39,579 nucleotides of DNA from Chiloscyllium plagiosum (taxonomy: Eukaryota). Every line of letters starts with the position of its first letter. Position 1 is the first letter of the stretch. Below are positions 35,771-39,579 of the stretch, piece after piece. A program made the translations under genes and the position numbers. Under the pieces are notes generated by a model. That model had not been told where the DNA came from. It saw only the letters and a program-made list of their open reading frames with translations, and did no database searches. The stretch covers positions 26,931,368-26,970,946 of the forward strand of contig NC_057720.1 in the NCBI RefSeq assembly GCF_004010195.1. Direction: 5' to 3'.

Positions 35771-36827
35771 TCTTGTTAATCCAGTCACCAACATTGCCAT
35801 CAACTTGCAAATCTTGATCAGGTCACCTCTGTTCCCTCCCCTTCCCTCATCTGTTGTCATGGTGAAACCTGCTGTTGTGCCACTATGTTGAAGACTTGCT
35901 GTATGCAATGTTGTGTGAGGTTTACCTGCCATAAAAATGTAGAAAAGGAAATGTTGTTGATTCAAAAAATTAGCTTGGGCCTCATGCCAACATTATTAGT
36001 GGAGTTTACTGCTTGCTTTACCTATCCACTTCCAGTATGACATCCATTGCTGAATGAGAAACACTCTTTTGTGGCTGTATGTTTCTTAAACTTCACCAAC
36101 ACTAATACCACTTCATACAACTGATAAGAGTTAGCCAACTCTGGACTGGTTGAAATTCAGACGTTAAAGGGCTGTTTATTATAGCACCCAGAGAATATTT
36201 GACATTTTTTTTAATACTGTTTGTCTAGACTTAACCAAACTAATAAATAGAATATTAAGAAGCTTGTTTGTATTGAACCAGGTTGCAAATATAAATTGTT
36301 CCTGCACACGCATTAATAACCACATGGACATTTTTTTTAAAAATTACAATAATGTACTAATGTAATTGTACTGGGAAGATTAACTATATAATTTTTTTGG
36401 ATTCTACCATGTGTGAATCATCTATATATCATAATTATTTATAATGGAAAAATAACATGGCAAAATGCATCATATCATAAATCTAGCATTAAATTTTCAA
36501 TAGTAATAAAAATGTTGATATGTCTTAAAAGTCATGCATGGTTTAAATCCTTTTTTTTTAGTAATAAAGTCAATGGGGAGACATAAGCCATTCACCTACT
36601 ACCCCTTCCTCCATAACCCATCATCTCCAAATCAACCAATGTTGGTTTGGAGTGTAGCTCCAAGGAAGCTCAATTCAGTCTCCAGGTATGTCCCACGGCT
36701 TCACATTTAGATGAGGAAGGTTAGCATTCTCTTTTCCCAATTTGGTCTGCTTTCTGTCATGTCAGCTAGTTGAACATCACCTCCCCGAATCAAGATGCCC
36801 AAACACACATCTATCACTAAGTTTCCA

Positions 36828-37030
36828 TGAACAATAACAACATGCAGTCATATCATGCCTTTAAATAGTTAAATGTCCCCCAAGATGATTAACAGGACAT
36901 GATCAGCCAAAATTTAAATCTGCATCACATGAAGAGATATTAAGACAACTCACCAAAAGTTTGTTCTGAGAGTTAAAGACTCAAAGATGGAGGGAGAAAA
37001 AGTGATGTGGGAAAATATAAACTTCCAGAG
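36828..37030 (-). mobile_element. Old L2-like 3' end
   Basis: AACAATAACAACATGCAGTCATATCATGCCTTT...AAATGTCCCCCAAG resembles the antisense L2 tail. Confidence 0.4.
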
Positions 37031-37532
37031 TTAAGAGTACACCTGCTAATAAAAGAAATTGAATACCAGTGGAAGTTACACTATGCTAAAGAACTGAGTT
37101 GTGTCTAAATCTGATTATTAAATGGTTTATCCAATGTGTAGGTGGGCTCACTTTCACTAACTTTGGTCTAATTCAGTACAAAATTAACCACATGTTATAC
37201 ACCTTTCCCAGTTTACCCTCCACTGGGTGTAAGAATAGAAGGTGATTAACTGAATATTGTCCACTTTACTCTTTCACCAAAAGTCACTTGGCTTTCAACA
37301 TGATGTAGAAAATACATTCCATCCAAATTGACGTAGTAGAATGAAGTCATTGGAGAAAAACCAATATCAGTAAAGATTTCAGCAAATCTGTTATATTACT
37401 CATATTATAACATCTTTAATATTTCTCACCATCATCTCTGAACATTTCAGAGATAAATAGTTGCATCCAACAAGCAGTATGGAAACAAAGTAGACTACAA
37501 GTAATACTGAACATACATCTATAGTCAACTAG

Positions 37533-37738
37533 ATGAAAGTGAGGACTTGCAGATGCTGGAGATTAGAGTCGAGAGTGTGGTGCTGGAAAAGCATAGCAGG
37601 TCAGGCAGCATCTGAGAAGCAGGAGAATCAATGTTTCAGGCAAAAGCCCTTCATCAGGGTGGCTTTTGCCCAAAATGTTGATTTTCCTGCTCCTCGGATG
37701 CTGCCTGAACTGCTGTGCTTTGCCAGCACCACACTCTC
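37533..37738. mobile_element. Fold-back PLE mini-insertion
   Basis: Minus-sense tailed end with hammerhead core (37628-37658) joined to plus-sense end 37661-37738; 15/16 direct repeat AACATA(C/A)ATCTATAGT at 37510-37525 and 37739-37754. Confidence 0.85.
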
Positions 37739-37785
37739 AACATAAATCTATAGTTCCTGATTTAATTGGCAGAAACAATAGTAAT

Positions 37786-38125
37786 AGTGGTGAAATGGTG
37801 GTTCAGTAGTTATCACTGCTGCTTCACAGCACCAGGGACCTGCATAACTGTCTCTGTGGAGTTTGCATGTTCTCCCCATGTCTGTGTGAGTTTCCTCCAG
37901 ATACTCCAGTTTAGTCACACAGTCCAAGGATGTGTAGGTTAGGTGGATTGGCTGTGTTAAACTACCCAGAGTATCCAGGGAGGTGTAGGTTAGATGGATT
38001 GGCAATAGGAAATGCAGGGATTGAGGGAGAGAGCATGTGGGTCTGGGTGTCATGCTCTTCAGAGGGTCAGTGTGGACTCAGTGGGTCAAATGGCCTGCTT
38101 CCACAGTGTACGGATTCCATGGTTC
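37786..38125 (+). mobile_element. Decayed HE1-like SINE
   Basis: GGTGGTTCAGTAGTTATCACTGCTGCTTCACAGC...GTGGAGTTTGCATGTTCTCCCC...GGGTCAAATGGCCTGCTTCC. Confidence 0.85.
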
Positions 38126-39130
38126 TAATAACAAATGCTGCCAGGGTCAAAAGATTAGATACAATTTTACTATTATAGAATCATATGCACTATATTATCA
38201 TATTATACTATAACATATGTCCATTTAAAATCTTATTATTTCAGTTTAAAAGAATCACATCATTCATGCAATAGACATCTATAATTTGTAAAACCCTATA
38301 ATAATACTTAAAGGTTTATACTATTTTAATAAGTTCCACTGTATAAGACCAGAAAGTGTCATTATGCTGAATGTCAAACTGATGTTGTGTACATATTCAC
38401 GCCTTCTTCCAGTTACTCTGAGTTCAAATAAATGTAGAAAATGCAAATAAACATTTGTTAACATCAACATTAGTACTGCAGCATGCACATGTTAGAGACT
38501 AAGATAATCAATCTGTTATAATAAGTCTTCACGATTGCAAACAGAAATTCAGTTTCTTGACATTGTACCTCAAATAGCAGCACATCATTAACACTCGACA
38601 TTCCAATGCTTGAAATGAAGTTTTGATCATTAAGATAGATACCACCACCACCTTTTCAAGTTCAATTAAAGATGAACATTGCCAGCAGCTCGAACATTCA
38701 TTCTTGGGAATAAATGAACATTCGTGACCTTTTCCAGTGTATAACTTGTACACCGATGGTCCATTTCCACTTCAATAATACAGTCCATATGCATTACTGG
38801 ACTGTTTCTCAATTACAATCTGTATATTGACACTCCTTTCACCATTGTAGACTATGCATTAACTATCTGTTTGAGCATTACAACCTGTTCACTGCTGGCT
38901 CACTTCACCCTAACAGTCTTCCAGATTTTGGATTATTGCACTTTTTCGCTTTCTGCACAGATGGGAAATTTATGTAATGACTGTCGGACACTTCCTTGTC
39001 TGGCAGAAAACCATCTTGACAAACCAAAGAGCGATATTAATTTGGAAATGCAGACACAACTACTTAAATAGGAGTTTAACCATAGTACATAATGAATGGC
39101 AAAATCACAATGGGTGGAGCAATGACATAA

Positions 39131-39579
39131 GTGGAACAATCCATCTTCCGCAACTACACTGGCCCCACCCCCCACCTTTTCCTCCACTACATCGATGACT
39201 GTATCGGCGCCGCCTCGTGCTCCCACGAGGAGGTTGAACAGTTCATCCACTTCACCAACACCTTCCACCCCGACCTCAAATCCACCTGGACAGTCTCAGA
39301 TTCCTCCCTCCCCTTCCTAGACCTTTCTATTTCTATCTCAGGCGACCGAATCAACACGGACATCTACTAAAAACCGATCGACTCCCACAGCTACCTGGAC
39401 TACACCTCCTCCCAACCTGCCCCCTGTAAAAACACCATCCCATTCTCCCAATTCCTTCGACTCCGACGCATCTGCTCCCAGGAGGACCAGTTCAAAATAC
39501 GTACAACACAGATGGCCTCCTTCTTCAAGGACCGCAATTTCCCCCCCGACGTGGTCGACGATGCCCCCCACCGCATCTC
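39131..39579 (+). mobile_element. 5'-truncated Penelope-like RT region, running off the window
   Basis: FLHYIDDCIG (RT catalytic YIDD), LPFLDLSISI, DIY*KPIDSHSYLDYTSS, IPFSQFLRLRRICS; one in-frame stop at 39368-39370. Confidence 0.92.

Overview
Repeat-rich, CpG-depleted vertebrate non-coding DNA. The repeat set (CR1 LINEs with an esterase ORF1, HE1/V-SINE-like SINEs, abundant Penelope-like elements) points to a cartilaginous fish such as a shark; this is inference. No intact host gene can be supported, only three weak candidate exons. The window holds decayed CR1, Rex1/Babar and L2 LINE pieces, two decayed Gypsy LTR elements (one with Gmr1-like domain order, one split by two nested CR1s), two Tigger-like MITEs, six tRNA-derived SINEs, about ten Penelope-like element (PLE) fragments and two assembly gaps inside PLEs. 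The most striking structure is a recurring set of short PLE-end insertions: inverted (fold-back) pseudo-LTR pairs, flanked by 14-16 bp direct repeats, many with minimal hammerhead ribozyme cores of two families. One is a perfect 46-bp hairpin. Family names come from recalled motifs, not database searches.
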